A DNA stretch of 64,000 nucleotides from Longimicrobiales bacterium (lineage in GTDB: Bacteria; Gemmatimonadota; Gemmatimonadetes; Longimicrobiales; Gaopeijiaceae): positions 64,001 through 128,000 of the forward strand of contig CAXXKM010000002.1 in the NCBI GenBank assembly GCA_963664435.2, read 5' to 3'. How positions within the stretch are numbered: the first letter of the stretch is position 1; every line of letters begins with the position of its first letter. This document shows, piece by piece, positions 1 to 9,877 of this stretch. The position numbers were made by a program, and so were the translations under genes. The notes beneath the pieces are model-generated. The model saw only the letters and a list, made by a program, of their open reading frames with translations, made no database searches and had not been told where the DNA came from.

Positions 1-13
1 TTCGCTTGCATAT

Positions 14-1129
14 TCAAATATCTACGGAATCGTCTTCCGAAGAAAGGTCTGCAGGAGGTGTTCTCGGGCGCACCCGCGGAAGCACGTCGCCGTACGCCAC
101 CGCGAAGATCTCCCAGACGGTCACGAAGAGCGCGGCCACGATGGGCCCGAGGATGAAACCGACGGCCCCGAAGAAGAGGATGCCGCCGAAGGTGCTGAGC
201 AGGATCAGCAGGTCTGGGAGCCTGGCGTCGCGGCCGACCAGGCGCGGGCGCAGGAAGTTGTCGACCGTGCCCACCACGAGCCCGCACCAGAGGCCGACCG
301 AGATGCCCGCCGCGATCTGGCCGGTGGCGAGCAGCCAGATGACCGCCGGCACCCATACGAGCGCCGTGCCCAGCGCGGGCACGATGGACAGAACCGCCAT
401 CATCGTGCCCCAGAACGCGGCTCCGGGAACCCCGAAGACGGCGAAGCTGAGGCCGGCGAGGGCGCCCTGGATGACGCCGATCACGAGCGACCCCTTGATG
501 GTGGCGCGCGTAACGGAGACGAAGCGGTCGAGGAGCTGCTGCTCGTCCGCGGAGTTGAGGGGCACGAGGTAGAGGATGCGGTCGAGGATTGCGGGGCCGC
601 TGGTGAGGAAGAAGTACATCGCGTACAGCATCAGGAAGAGCTGGAACAGGAAGTTGGTGGTGCCGAGGGTGGCGGCGGTCAAACTGTCGACCAGCACGCC
701 GCCCGCGCTCTGGGCCAGCTGGCCCGCAAGGGCGATGATGCGCTCGCGGTCGGGCAGGAACTCCCCCACCAGCGGGATTTCGAGCAGCCGCGCCTCGACG
801 GTCTCGACCAGGTCCATGTTGCCGCGCACCCAGGTGGCCGCCGCCTGGGAGACGTCCACCGCCTGCGAGACGACCAGCCCCATGAAGGCGATGGCGGGCG
901 CCACCAGGACGACCAGCACCAGCAGGAGCGTGGCGACCGCGGCGGCCCGCTCGCGCCCTCTCATGCCCGCCGTCAGGCGCAGGTAGAGCGGCCGGGTCAT
1001 GCCGCTGAACACCGCGGCCAGCAGGATGGCAACCAGGAACTCGCGGATCATCACCAGGAACAGCAGCGAGATCCCGAGCGCCAGCACGAGCAGGAAACGG
1101 TTCTGGAAGCGGGTCGGGTCGGAGCTCAT
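14..1129 (-). CDS. AI-2E family transporter
   Basis: Multi-TM protein from MSSDPTRF; motifs 'VGTVDNFLRPRLVG' and 'GFILGPIVAAL'; ATG overlaps the TGA of the upstream gene (1126-1129). Confidence 0.9.
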   Translation of the reverse strand: MSSDPTRFQNRFLLVLALGISLLFLVMIREFLVAILLAAVFSGMTRPLYLRLTAGMRGRERAAAVATLLLVLVVLVAPAIAFMGLVVSQAVDVSQAAATWVRGNMDLVETVEARLLEIPLVGEFLPDRERIIALAGQLAQSAGGVLVDSLTAATLGTTNFLFQLFLMLYAMYFFLTSGPAILDRILYLVPLNSADEQQLLDRFVSVTRATIKGSLVIGVIQGALAGLSFAVFGVPGAAFWGTMMAVLSIVPALGTALVWVPAVIWLLATGQIAAGISVGLWCGLVVGTVDNFLRPRLVGRDARLPDLLILLSTFGGILFFGAVGFILGPIVAALFVTVWEIFAVAYGDVLPRVRPRTPPADLSSEDDSVDI

Positions 1130-4037
1130 GTGGCGTCTCGGGGTGATGGGATGCGGGCGACGGCGGCGCGCCCGCTCGTGGCGGGAGGTTGGGCGACGTC
1201 CTCGCCCGGGACGACGCGGACGGTGTTTCCTTCCCCGTCGATCTCGACGATCGGTCCCCTGTAGACGTCGTTGCCGAGATCGATGGTCGGGGCATCCTCG
1301 GCGGCCGCGGCCGCCAGGGCCGGCGAGGGCACGATGTACGCTTCGGCGAGGCCGGCGTTGACGTTGTACCCCAGATCCGCCAGCGCCTGGATGGTGATCG
1401 CGCTCAGGGGATTCGCCGCTCCCACCGTGAGCGCCGGCGTCATGTTCTCCGCGCCCATGGCCGATTCCCGCCAATGGGCGTCATCGCCCCCGTTTTCGAC
1501 CGGGACCTTGCCGCCCGTGTAGCGGGCGCCTCCGGCGGCGTTGAACGCTGCGACGGCCCGGAATCCGGGGAAATGCGTGTCGGCGTCGGAAAGCGCGTCC
1601 GATGGATTCGCGATCGAGGAGTGCCAGTTCTCACCCAGGCCTATCCCCAGGACATGGGCGATCTCGTGCATTGCCACCTCGAACAGATTGCCCGTCCGGG
1701 CCAGGCGCCCCGCATCGGTGTTGTCGAACAGGATGACGCCCAGCGCAGGTTCACCGCCGGCAACGCGTCTCGCGCAGGTGGCTGCCAGCGCCAGCGTGCC
1801 GCCCGCTTCCCCTGTTTGCGCGCCAACGACGATCGCCAGGTCGTCCAGATGTCCGAGTTCCACGTCGATTACCGCCTCGGCGATTCTGCAGGAGATGGTG
1901 TCGTTGACCGCGACATCCGCGAACTCGGTGTCTCTGAGGATCGCCTCCCAGGTTGCCGCGGCGGAACGCACCGCCGACTCCACGTCGGCGCCCACGCCGG
2001 ATGCGAAGCCCAGTTGGATCTCGAAGCCGGCGTCGGTGCGCGGGACGTCGACGGGGAACTCCTGCGCGGCCGTGAGACCGTCCGGGTCGGCGGCGGTGAC
2101 GGTGACTTCGGCCGTGCCGACCCGCCAGGCGGTGAGGATGAGGTCGCTTCCGTCTACGCGGACGCGCACGACCCTGGGGTCGGATGACGATGCCGAGTAG
2201 CTGAGCGCGTCCCCATCCGGGTCGGAGAAGTGGGCGGCCATGCCCAGCGTCCGGGAGGGCCCGCGGGGGAGCGTCTGCGCGGGGATCGGGGTGGTCGCGA
2301 CCGGCCCCCGGTTGAGCACGGTGACCGCGAAGCTCTGTTCGGCCGACAGCCCGCCGGGATCGATGACGGTCACGGTCAGGGTGGCCTCGCCGGTCACCCC
2401 GGCCCGCACCTCGAGCGTGGTGCCGCTGGCGGTCGCCGTGGCCACCAGGCCGTCGCTCGACGCGATCTCGACCCGCAGGATGTCGCCGTCCGGGTCGCTG
2501 AAGTGGCGGGTGAGGTCGAGCGGCGCCGTCTCGCGCTTGAAGAGGGTCTGCGCCGGAATGGAGGCCGTTGCGACCGGGCCGCGGTTGGGGACGGCGACCG
2601 TGAAGCTCTGGGAGGCCGTGAGGCCCTCGGGGTCGGTCGCGGTCACGGTGACCACGGCCTCGCCCTGGGAAAGGGACGTCACGATCAGCGTACCGGCGCC
2701 CGCGGAAACTTCGAGCGCCACCACGCTCCCGTTGGAGGTCGCGGCCGCGTAGGTCAGCGGCTCCTCATCGGGGTCCGAGAAGTGGGCCGTCAGGTCGAGC
2801 GTGTCCGCCTCGCTCTTGTAGAGCATCCGCGACGGGATCGTGTCGGTCGCGACCGGCGGCCGGTTGGGGACGGTAACCGTGAAGCTCTGGAAGGCCGTGA
2901 GGCCCTCGGGGTCGGTCGCGGTTACGGTGACCACCGTCTCGCCCCCGGCCAGCGGCGTGATGGCCAGCGTGCCCTCGCCGGCGGCGAGGGCCAGCGCCAC
3001 CACGCCGGGGGTCGAAGCCTGCGCGGCCCAGGTGAGCGGGTCGCCGTCCGGGTCGGAGAACCAGGCCGCCAGCCGGAGCGTGTCCGCCTCGCTCTTGTAG
3101 AGCACCCGCGACGGGATCGTGTCGGTCGCGACCGGCGGCCGGTTGGGAACGGTGACCGTGAAGCTCTGCTCGGCCGCCAGGCCTTCGTCGTCGGTGGCCG
3201 TGACGGTCACCGTCGCCTCGCCCTTGGCGAGTCCGGTCAGCGTGAGGGTGTCGCCGGCCACGGCCGTGCCGACCACCGCACCGTCGGACGCGGCCGCCGC
3301 CCAGGTCAGCGGATCGCCGTCCGGGTCGCCGAAGAAGGGTGACAGCTCCAGGGTGTCCGCCCGGTCGACCATGACCTCCCGGGCCGCGATCGAGTCGACC
3401 GCGAACGGGGGCCGGTTGGGAACCGTCACCTCGAAGCGCTGCGTAGCCGCCAGTCCGCCCGGGTCGGTCGCCGTGACCGTTACCACCGCCGTGCCCTTTG
3501 CGAGCGCCACCACCGTCACGACCGTGCCCTCCACCGAGACCGCCAGGCGGCTCGAGTCTGCCGCCGCCGAGTACCGGAGCGGCTGCCCGTCGGGCTCGGT
3601 GAAATGTCCCCGAACGTCGACGGCGGCGGAGTCGCCCACCATCAGTTCCCGGTCGTCGATCGTTCCCACGGCGGTCGGCGGCCGGTCCGGCACCACGACC
3701 TGGAAGGTCTGCCGCGCTTCCAGACCGCCCGGATCGGTCGCCACCACCGTCACGACCGCAGTGCCGGGGGAGACCGCGGTGACCGTCACCGTGCTGCCCG
3801 TGGCCTGTACGGTGGCAACCCCGGCGTCGGAACTGAACGCTGCGAAAACGAGCGCCTCGCCGTTGGGGTCGCGGAAGCACGGGGCGACATCGACCGTCCC
3901 GCCCACCGCGACCGTCTGGACCGGGATCGTCCCGCACAATTCGGGCGACAGCGGGTTCTCGCACGAGACGACCCAGACGGCGGCCCCCAGAGCAGGGTAA
4001 CCAGGGAGGTCGTTGATCGACGCGAGGGTTCACTCAT
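1126..4037 (-). CDS. Cadherin/Ig-like repeat lipoprotein with C-terminal leishmanolysin-like (M8) zinc metalloprotease; frameshift in the signal region
   Basis: About 7 repeats of ~90 aa ('VPNRPPVA...FSDPDGDPLT...VTVTATD'); HEIAHVLGIG, 'DDAHW' and 'ENMTP' motifs. ATG 4037 (MSEPSRR..LL) joins the 'GAAVWVVSC' lipobox frame only if the G5 run (C5 at 3984-3988) is G6. Confidence 0.8.
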
Positions 4038-4186
4038 GCGGTTTGCCCGCCCTTCCGGGCGCGCCGTAGGTTTATGGCGTCCGGACCGAATCGAACACGG
4101 CTGCCCCGTGTCGCGGACGCCCTGCCCCGACCGGGAAGGCCCGACATGACCGCAAGGAGACCCCACATGATCCTGAGCGAACCGGC

Positions 4187-5209
4187 ATGATGCGTCTACC
4201 TGGCCTGGCGACCCTGGGCGCCTGCGTTCTCGCCCTCGGGGGCTGCGACAAGACCGGCGCGTACGGCGAAGTCAACAGTATCATCGTGGGCGCATCGATG
4301 GAACTCTGGGACGAGGTGGGAAGCACGGTCACGACCGGGCTCGAGCCCACCATCTTCACCGTGCGCGACGAGCGGACCTTCAAGATCACCTACCAGGACC
4401 CGCTGGCAGTCGACTGGGAGACCCTGCGCGAGTTCAGGCAGGTGCTGCTGATCGGGACGCTGGAGGACCCGTGGATCGTGGAGGCCATGGAGGAGAGCGA
4501 CATCACGGATACGGAGCCGTTCGGCGTCCCCGGGGTCATCCAGCTGATCGACGTCTGGGCGCGGGGTCAGCTTGTGACCGTGCTCCTGCTTTCGCCCGGC
4601 GGCGGGGCGGCCGAAGTGGAGGCGCGCGTGGGCGAACTGCTCGCTCTCTTCGACGAACAATATCGCACGTACACGCACGCGCGCATGTTCGTCTCCGGAC
4701 GCGACTCTCTGCTGGCCGACACGCTGCGCGCCGTGGGCGGTTTCGTGCTCGATCTTCCCCGCGTCTATCGATGGGATTATCAGGACTCGATCTTCATGTT
4801 CCGCAACGACAATCCCGATCCCGCCGAACTCATCCGGGAAATCGCGGTGACGTGGCGCACACCGGTCACCGGGCCGCTGGCGGACTCCGCCATTCTGGAC
4901 TGGCGCCGGTCGCTGACGCGGGATTTCTACACGGACGAGCAAGTGGTGATGGATGAGCTCCCGCCGGGGCGCGACCTGAGCGACGATGCGTACGAGCTGC
5001 GCGGCATCTGGGAGAGCCTCCCGGACGCCTGGCCGGCCGCGGGGCCCTTCCTGACGCGGACGAAGGTCTGTCCCGGTCAGGATCGCATGTACCTGCTCGA
5101 CTCGTGGCTCTACGCGCCGGGCAAGGACAAGTACGAGTACATGCTGCAACTCGAGTACATCCTCGACTCCTTCCAATGCGAGGATGGGCTGCCGGTCGCG
5201 GCGATGTGA
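4187..5209 (+). CDS. DUF4837-like lipoprotein, copy 1
   Basis: Lipobox 'LGGC'; 'WLYAPGKDKYEYMLQLE' C-terminal motif. Confidence 0.75.
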   Translation: MMRLPGLATLGACVLALGGCDKTGAYGEVNSIIVGASMELWDEVGSTVTTGLEPTIFTVRDERTFKITYQDPLAVDWETLREFRQVLLIGTLEDPWIVEAMEESDITDTEPFGVPGVIQLIDVWARGQLVTVLLLSPGGGAAEVEARVGELLALFDEQYRTYTHARMFVSGRDSLLADTLRAVGGFVLDLPRVYRWDYQDSIFMFRNDNPDPAELIREIAVTWRTPVTGPLADSAILDWRRSLTRDFYTDEQVVMDELPPGRDLSDDAYELRGIWESLPDAWPAAGPFLTRTKVCPGQDRMYLLDSWLYAPGKDKYEYMLQLEYILDSFQCEDGLPVAAM

Positions 5210-5357
5210 TGACCGGGGCTGGCCCCGGGCGCGAAGATGCCATGATTGCCGGGATCGGAGACGCAATTCGGGCGGGGGCCGGGGCGCACACATGTGATGG
5301 CCGGCCGGTCGGACGCCGGGATGCAATTATGGAGCGGGCGGGAGGGAGGATGTAGCG

Positions 5358-6371
5358 ATGGGTCGATGCCGGTTGGCCGTTCTGAGCCTGTGCGCGCTTT
5401 CCCTGTCCGGATGCGACAGGACCGTTGCGTGGGGCGAGGTCAACAGCATCATCGTCGGCGCGTCGGCCGAGCTCTGGGAGACCTCTGGCGATTCGATCGC
5501 CAATGGACTCCAGCCCACCATCTTCACCGTTCGCGACGAGCGGACCTTCAGGATCACCCATCAGGATCCCCTCGGGTCGGACTGGGGGCGGCTGCGGGAG
5601 TTCAGACAGGTGCTGCTGATCGGTACCGCCGAGGATCCCTGGATCTCGGAAGCCCTGGACGCCAGGTCGCGGGACGAACCGCTCAATCCGCCGGAGATCT
5701 TCCAGCTGTACGACCTGTGGGCGCTCGGACAACTGGTGACGGTTCTGCTGTTGCCGCCCGGCGGGGGGGCGGACGAAGTGGAGGCGCGGCTGGACGACCT
5801 GCTGGCGCTCTTCGACGGGCAGTACCGCGAGTATGCCCACGCGCGCATGTTCATTTCAGGGCTCGATTCCCTGCTCGCCGACACGCTGCGCGCGGCGGGC
5901 GGTTTCGCGCTGCAGCTCCCGGTCATCTATCGATGGAGCCAGGAGGATTCGGTCTTCATCTTTCGCAATGACAATCCCGATCCGTCGCAACTCATTCGCG
6001 AGGTCGCGATCACGTGGCGTTCGCCGATTCCCGACCCGTTGACGGACGCCGACATGCTGGATTGGCGCCTGTCGCTGTCGCGGAACTACTACGCGGACGA
6101 GCAGCTGGTGACGGAAGAGGTCGAGCCCGGCCGGGCCGCAGGCGACGATGCCCGGGAGATCCACGGCGTCTGGGAGAGCGCCCCCGGCGCCTGGCCGGCC
6201 GCGGGTCCTTTCCTGACGCGCACGAGGGCGTGCCCCGGTCAGGATCGACTGTACCTGATCGATTCCTGGCTTTATGCTCCGGGCCGGGACAAATACGAGT
6301 ACATGCTGCAGCTCCGATACATCCTCGACTCCTTCGAGTGCGAGCCGGCGTTGCCGGGCGCAGGGATGTGA
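5358..6371 (+). CDS. DUF4837-like lipoprotein, copy 2 (tandem paralog)
   Basis: Lipobox 'LSGC'; collinear with and highly similar to 4187..5209. Confidence 0.75.
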   Translation: MGRCRLAVLSLCALSLSGCDRTVAWGEVNSIIVGASAELWETSGDSIANGLQPTIFTVRDERTFRITHQDPLGSDWGRLREFRQVLLIGTAEDPWISEALDARSRDEPLNPPEIFQLYDLWALGQLVTVLLLPPGGGADEVEARLDDLLALFDGQYREYAHARMFISGLDSLLADTLRAAGGFALQLPVIYRWSQEDSVFIFRNDNPDPSQLIREVAITWRSPIPDPLTDADMLDWRLSLSRNYYADEQLVTEEVEPGRAAGDDAREIHGVWESAPGAWPAAGPFLTRTRACPGQDRLYLIDSWLYAPGRDKYEYMLQLRYILDSFECEPALPGAGM

Positions 6372-6459
6372 CGCAGACGCTGCCGGGCGCAGGGATGGGA
6401 ACATGACGCTGCCGGGCGCAGCGATGTGAACCTGACGCTGCCGGGCGGGAGGGTTGATG
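6347..6459 (+). repeat. Degenerate 29-nt tandem repeat, about 4 copies
   Basis: GACGCTGCCGGGCGCAGGGATGTGA-like units at 6347, 6376, 6405 and 6434; the first unit is the 3' end of the upstream gene. Confidence 0.9.
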
Positions 6460-6461
6460 CG

Positions 6462-7268
6462 ATGATGATGCGACGATGGGGCGGGCTGGTTTTCCTCCTG
6501 CTTGCGGCGCTTCTGTTCCCGGTGTCGGTTTCGGCGCAGGGCGGAGGGTTCCGCGCGGGCGTCCTGGTCCCGATGGAGCGGGTCAAGGCCACTCTGGGCA
6601 AGACGGTCGACAATACCGCGCCCAATACGCTGGTTCCCCCGCCGCGGCGTGGGACGCTGGTCATGGACGAGGGTTCCGCGAACGCATGGGGAAGCGGGAT
6701 CGGTGGGTTCCTCGGCTATCGGGCGCCGCTCGGCGGGAGCGGGTTTCACATGGGCGCGCGCGTGGACGCCGCGCTGCACTTCGCGGCCGTGGACGGACAA
6801 CTGGCCGGTGTCGGGGACTCCCCGGGGCGCAATCAGCTCGGCGAAAGCTGGCCGGACCAGTGGACCTTCGAGAGGAAGCGAAGCTACGGCCTGACTCTGG
6901 AGATCGGCGGCAGCCCGGGCGCACTGGCCTCGGCAGATGCGACGGTGTTTCTGCTGGGAGGCATCCGTCTCGCTCAGGTGCAGCTGACGAATCGCTTCAA
7001 CGGCTGCATGTTGCCGGCCGGGTGCGGGCCCTCCGATTTGGTTTCGGGAGAGGATGCGCGCGACCTGAACCACCAGGCCTTCACCTTCGGCGTCGGCGTG
7101 GAGAAGGGGTTGGGCGAGGGGCTGGGGCTGCGCGTCGAAGCCAGCCACACCCCCTACTGCGACGAGCAGTGGACCGCGCAGTTCACGGAAGTGGGCGTCA
7201 CTGTCCCCACGGTCCTGGACGCCGGGGAGACGGGGCTGAAGGTGGGCATCGTGTGGCGGGGGAGTTGA
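6462..7268 (+). CDS. Outer-membrane beta-barrel (OmpA-like barrel) protein
   Basis: Signal peptide ending 'VSA-Q'; amphipathic strands; ends 'GLKVGIVWRGS'. Confidence 0.65.
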   Translation: MMMRRWGGLVFLLLAALLFPVSVSAQGGGFRAGVLVPMERVKATLGKTVDNTAPNTLVPPPRRGTLVMDEGSANAWGSGIGGFLGYRAPLGGSGFHMGARVDAALHFAAVDGQLAGVGDSPGRNQLGESWPDQWTFERKRSYGLTLEIGGSPGALASADATVFLLGGIRLAQVQLTNRFNGCMLPAGCGPSDLVSGEDARDLNHQAFTFGVGVEKGLGEGLGLRVEASHTPYCDEQWTAQFTEVGVTVPTVLDAGETGLKVGIVWRGS

Positions 7269-7289
7269 GGCACAAGGTTTCGTCGTACA

Positions 7290-7918
7290 TCAAGCCTTTT
7301 CTGCCCGGTCGACGAAATCTCCGGCGGTCTCGCATTCGACGACAGCCTCAGCCAAGGTGGTGATGCGCTCAGGCTCGGAAAGGGTTGCGACCATTGGGGC
7401 AAGCCGGTCAGCCGTTTCCGAGCCGAACCGTCGCGCGATAAGCCGCAGAACCAGAGCGCGCTCCCGTTCGAGTGCCACGCGACGCTCCTGCTCGATCCCC
7501 TTCTCCAGCCACTGCTGGTTCAACTCGTCGCCCCATTTTCTCACCCGTTCGGCCAATGATGAAGACATTCCGCCATCCCCCTCCGTCATGAAATTCAGGT
7601 CCAGCGTGCCCTGCGGACCGGTTCGTTCCACCAGCACCTGAGTGATCCACGCCTCGAAGCTGTCGAGCAACTCCGTCTCGCCCATCCGCCGCCAACCAAT
7701 TCGCGGGGCGCCAGTGTGAACTCATCACGCAATTCAGTTGGCGCGTTCCAGCGTCGCTCACCGTTATGGATCACGACTGGAAGAATGGGCGGGAATCTGC
7801 CGTCGGGGTCAAGATGGTCGCGAGCGAGACCCTGCAGAACGCGGATTGCATAGTCGAGCATTCGCAGAGCCATGCGGGAGTCGACCGTCGACTGGAACTC
7901 CAGGAGGACGAGGAAAAC
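7290..7918 (-). pseudogene. Rpn/YhgA-like recombination-promoting nuclease remnant
   Basis: 'VFLVLLEFQSTVDSRMALRMLDY...PVVIHNGERRW', then a frame break near 7690, then the C-terminal 'LAERVRKW...EKGIEQ...RRFG'; no N-terminus. Confidence 0.8.
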
Positions 7919-7966
7919 GGTCGCGACGGATCGGGGGCGAGGGAATGGCGGGATGGGGTGTTCGCA

Positions 7967-9496
7967 TTAGCGGTCGCCTCCGCGCGGGAGGAGTGCCAGC
8001 ACGAGATCCGCGGTGCGCGCCGAGGCGCCGCGGTGTTCTTCGATGACGCGCTGACCGTCGCGGGCCATTTGGCGGCGGGCATCCTCGTCCGCCAGGAGGC
8101 GGCTGGCCGCTTCCATGGGGGCGTGGGTTACGGTGATGCCCCCGCCCGCCCGCAGGGCCGAGACTACGTCGGCGAAGTTCTCGTGGTGGGGACCGATGAT
8201 GGTCGCGCATCCGGCTGCCACCGGGGGGATGGGATCGGATCCACCCATGGGCACGAAGCTCCGGCCCACGATGGCGACGTCCGCCAGGGTGTACGCCAAC
8301 TCCAGTTCGCCCATGGTGTCGAGGAGGAAGAGGTCGGTGGGGGTGGGGAGATCGGTGGCGGGCGGCTGGGCGGCGATGGCGGGCGGCGCGGCGGAGATGG
8401 CGATGTGGCGCCCGGAAGGCGGGGCGTCCGTGCTCGCCGGGGCGGCGGTGTCCTCCGGGTCGCGGCTGCCGCTCCGGGGGTCGCTTCGGCGGCGGATGTC
8501 GGGGTGGAGCGCGGCTACGGCGTCGAACCGCTCCGGCTTTCGGGGCACCAGGAGGAGCTGGGCGCCGGGGGGACGGGTGGCGATCAGCTCCTCCTCTTCG
8601 CCCGGGCCTGTCGAGCCGGCGACGATGAGGGTCCGGGACCGGTCGAGACCGAGGGTGGCTGCGAGCGCTTCGGCCGCGGGGGGAGTCGTGGCGGCGGAGT
8701 CGGCCGCGAGCGCTTCGGCCGCGGGAGAGGTCGTGGCGGCGGATTTGGTGGCGAGCGCTTCGGCCGCGGGAAGCCCGGTGGCGGGGGCGGCGGTCGCCGG
8801 CGGATCGGAGGCAGGATGGCCGGAGGTGTCCCATTTCATCGTGTCGGTGACCCGCACCCGGTCGCGGGGGACACCCAGGTCGGCGAAGCGGCGGGCGTAC
8901 GCTGCGTTCTGGGCGCCCACGGCCGCGAGCTGGCGGAAGATGGGCCGCACCCACCACCGCGCGCGCCGGTAGCCACGGTGGCTGGAGGCGCTCAGGCGGC
9001 CGTTCACCACGCACACGGGGATGCCTCGCCGCGCGCACTCGGTGACGAAGTTGGGCCACACCTCCAGCTCGGTGAGGGCCACCACGTCCGGGCGCACGGC
9101 GTCCAGGAAGCGACGCACCATCCAGGAGAGGTCGACGGGATAACGCACCACGGGGTGGTGGGCCCCGTACAGCGACCGCGCGCGCGCCACCCCGGTGTCG
9201 GTCGTGCTGCTCACGACCACCCGGGCGCGGGCGGCCAGGCGGTCGACCAGCTGCCGGGTCGCGGCGACCTCCCCCACGCTGACGCCGTGGACCAGCACGG
9301 TCGGGGGGCGGGGACGGGCGGGGGCGCCGTCGAGCCGGCCCATGGGGGAAGCCGGTCCATCCAGCACCCCCACATGTCCGAACCGGCCCCTCCAGTCCGT
9401 CCTCCACTTCCCGGTGCCGAGAAGGCGGGCCGCCAGGACCGGGCTGGCCAGCAGCGCGGCCATCAGGTAGAAGAGGTCGTAGGGGAGCATCTCCAT
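7967..9496 (-). CDS. waaA: 3-deoxy-D-manno-octulosonic acid (Kdo) transferase with low-complexity insertions
   Basis: 'HGVSVGEV', 'ELEVWPN', 'VNGRLS', 'VPRKPERF', 'LLDTMGEL' and 'GPHHENF' motifs. Confidence 0.92.
   Translation of the reverse strand: MEMLPYDLFYLMAALLASPVLAARLLGTGKWRTDWRGRFGHVGVLDGPASPMGRLDGAPARPRPPTVLVHGVSVGEVAATRQLVDRLAARARVVVSSTTDTGVARARSLYGAHHPVVRYPVDLSWMVRRFLDAVRPDVVALTELEVWPNFVTECARRGIPVCVVNGRLSASSHRGYRRARWWVRPIFRQLAAVGAQNAAYARRFADLGVPRDRVRVTDTMKWDTSGHPASDPPATAAPATGLPAAEALATKSAATTSPAAEALAADSAATTPPAAEALAATLGLDRSRTLIVAGSTGPGEEEELIATRPPGAQLLLVPRKPERFDAVAALHPDIRRRSDPRSGSRDPEDTAAPASTDAPPSGRHIAISAAPPAIAAQPPATDLPTPTDLFLLDTMGELELAYTLADVAIVGRSFVPMGGSDPIPPVAAGCATIIGPHHENFADVVSALRAGGGITVTHAPMEAASRLLADEDARRQMARDGQRVIEEHRGASARTADLVLALLPRGGDR
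8661..8787 (-). repeat. In-frame 45-nt tandem repeat (3 copies) inside waaA
   Basis: GCGAGCGCTTCGGCCGCGGG at 8661, 8706 and 8751; encodes 'PAAEALA' units. Confidence 0.9.
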
Positions 9497-9877
9497 CGTC
9501 CCACGACAGCGGGAAGAGCTAAGTTTGATTGGCGGAAAGCTAAGCATCGCGTCATGAACCTGCGAGGGCAGAAGATCGTGCGTCTCACCGCAATCGACGA
9601 CTGCTTGCGGGCTCGGCGACCGCCGTCGTCCGGGGCCTCTTGCACATCCCTTCGGTCGTCGCCATGATGGCTTGCTCCCGATTCTAATATCGCGTTACCA
9701 TCGCTCTAATTGCCGATTCATGACGTTTCGTTGCGAGTGCTGTATTTGAGCAGAAACGCCCTAAAGGGTTCGATGCCGCCCGGGCTCGGCAACCTGGGCG
9801 ACGGCCAATCAACAATGACGTCGGATGTGGCGAGTCATCAAAGGTAGAGGCATCTGGAGAATCGACGAGTACATACC

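Noticed and set aside
6347..6459. CRISPR array
   Set aside because: Units are adjacent with no unique spacers; no cas genes.
7766..9667. 633-aa plus-strand ORF and similar long ORFs (e.g. 9838..11208, 28221..30374, 43372..45615)
   Set aside because: Antisense or off-frame shadows of clear genes, expected at high GC.
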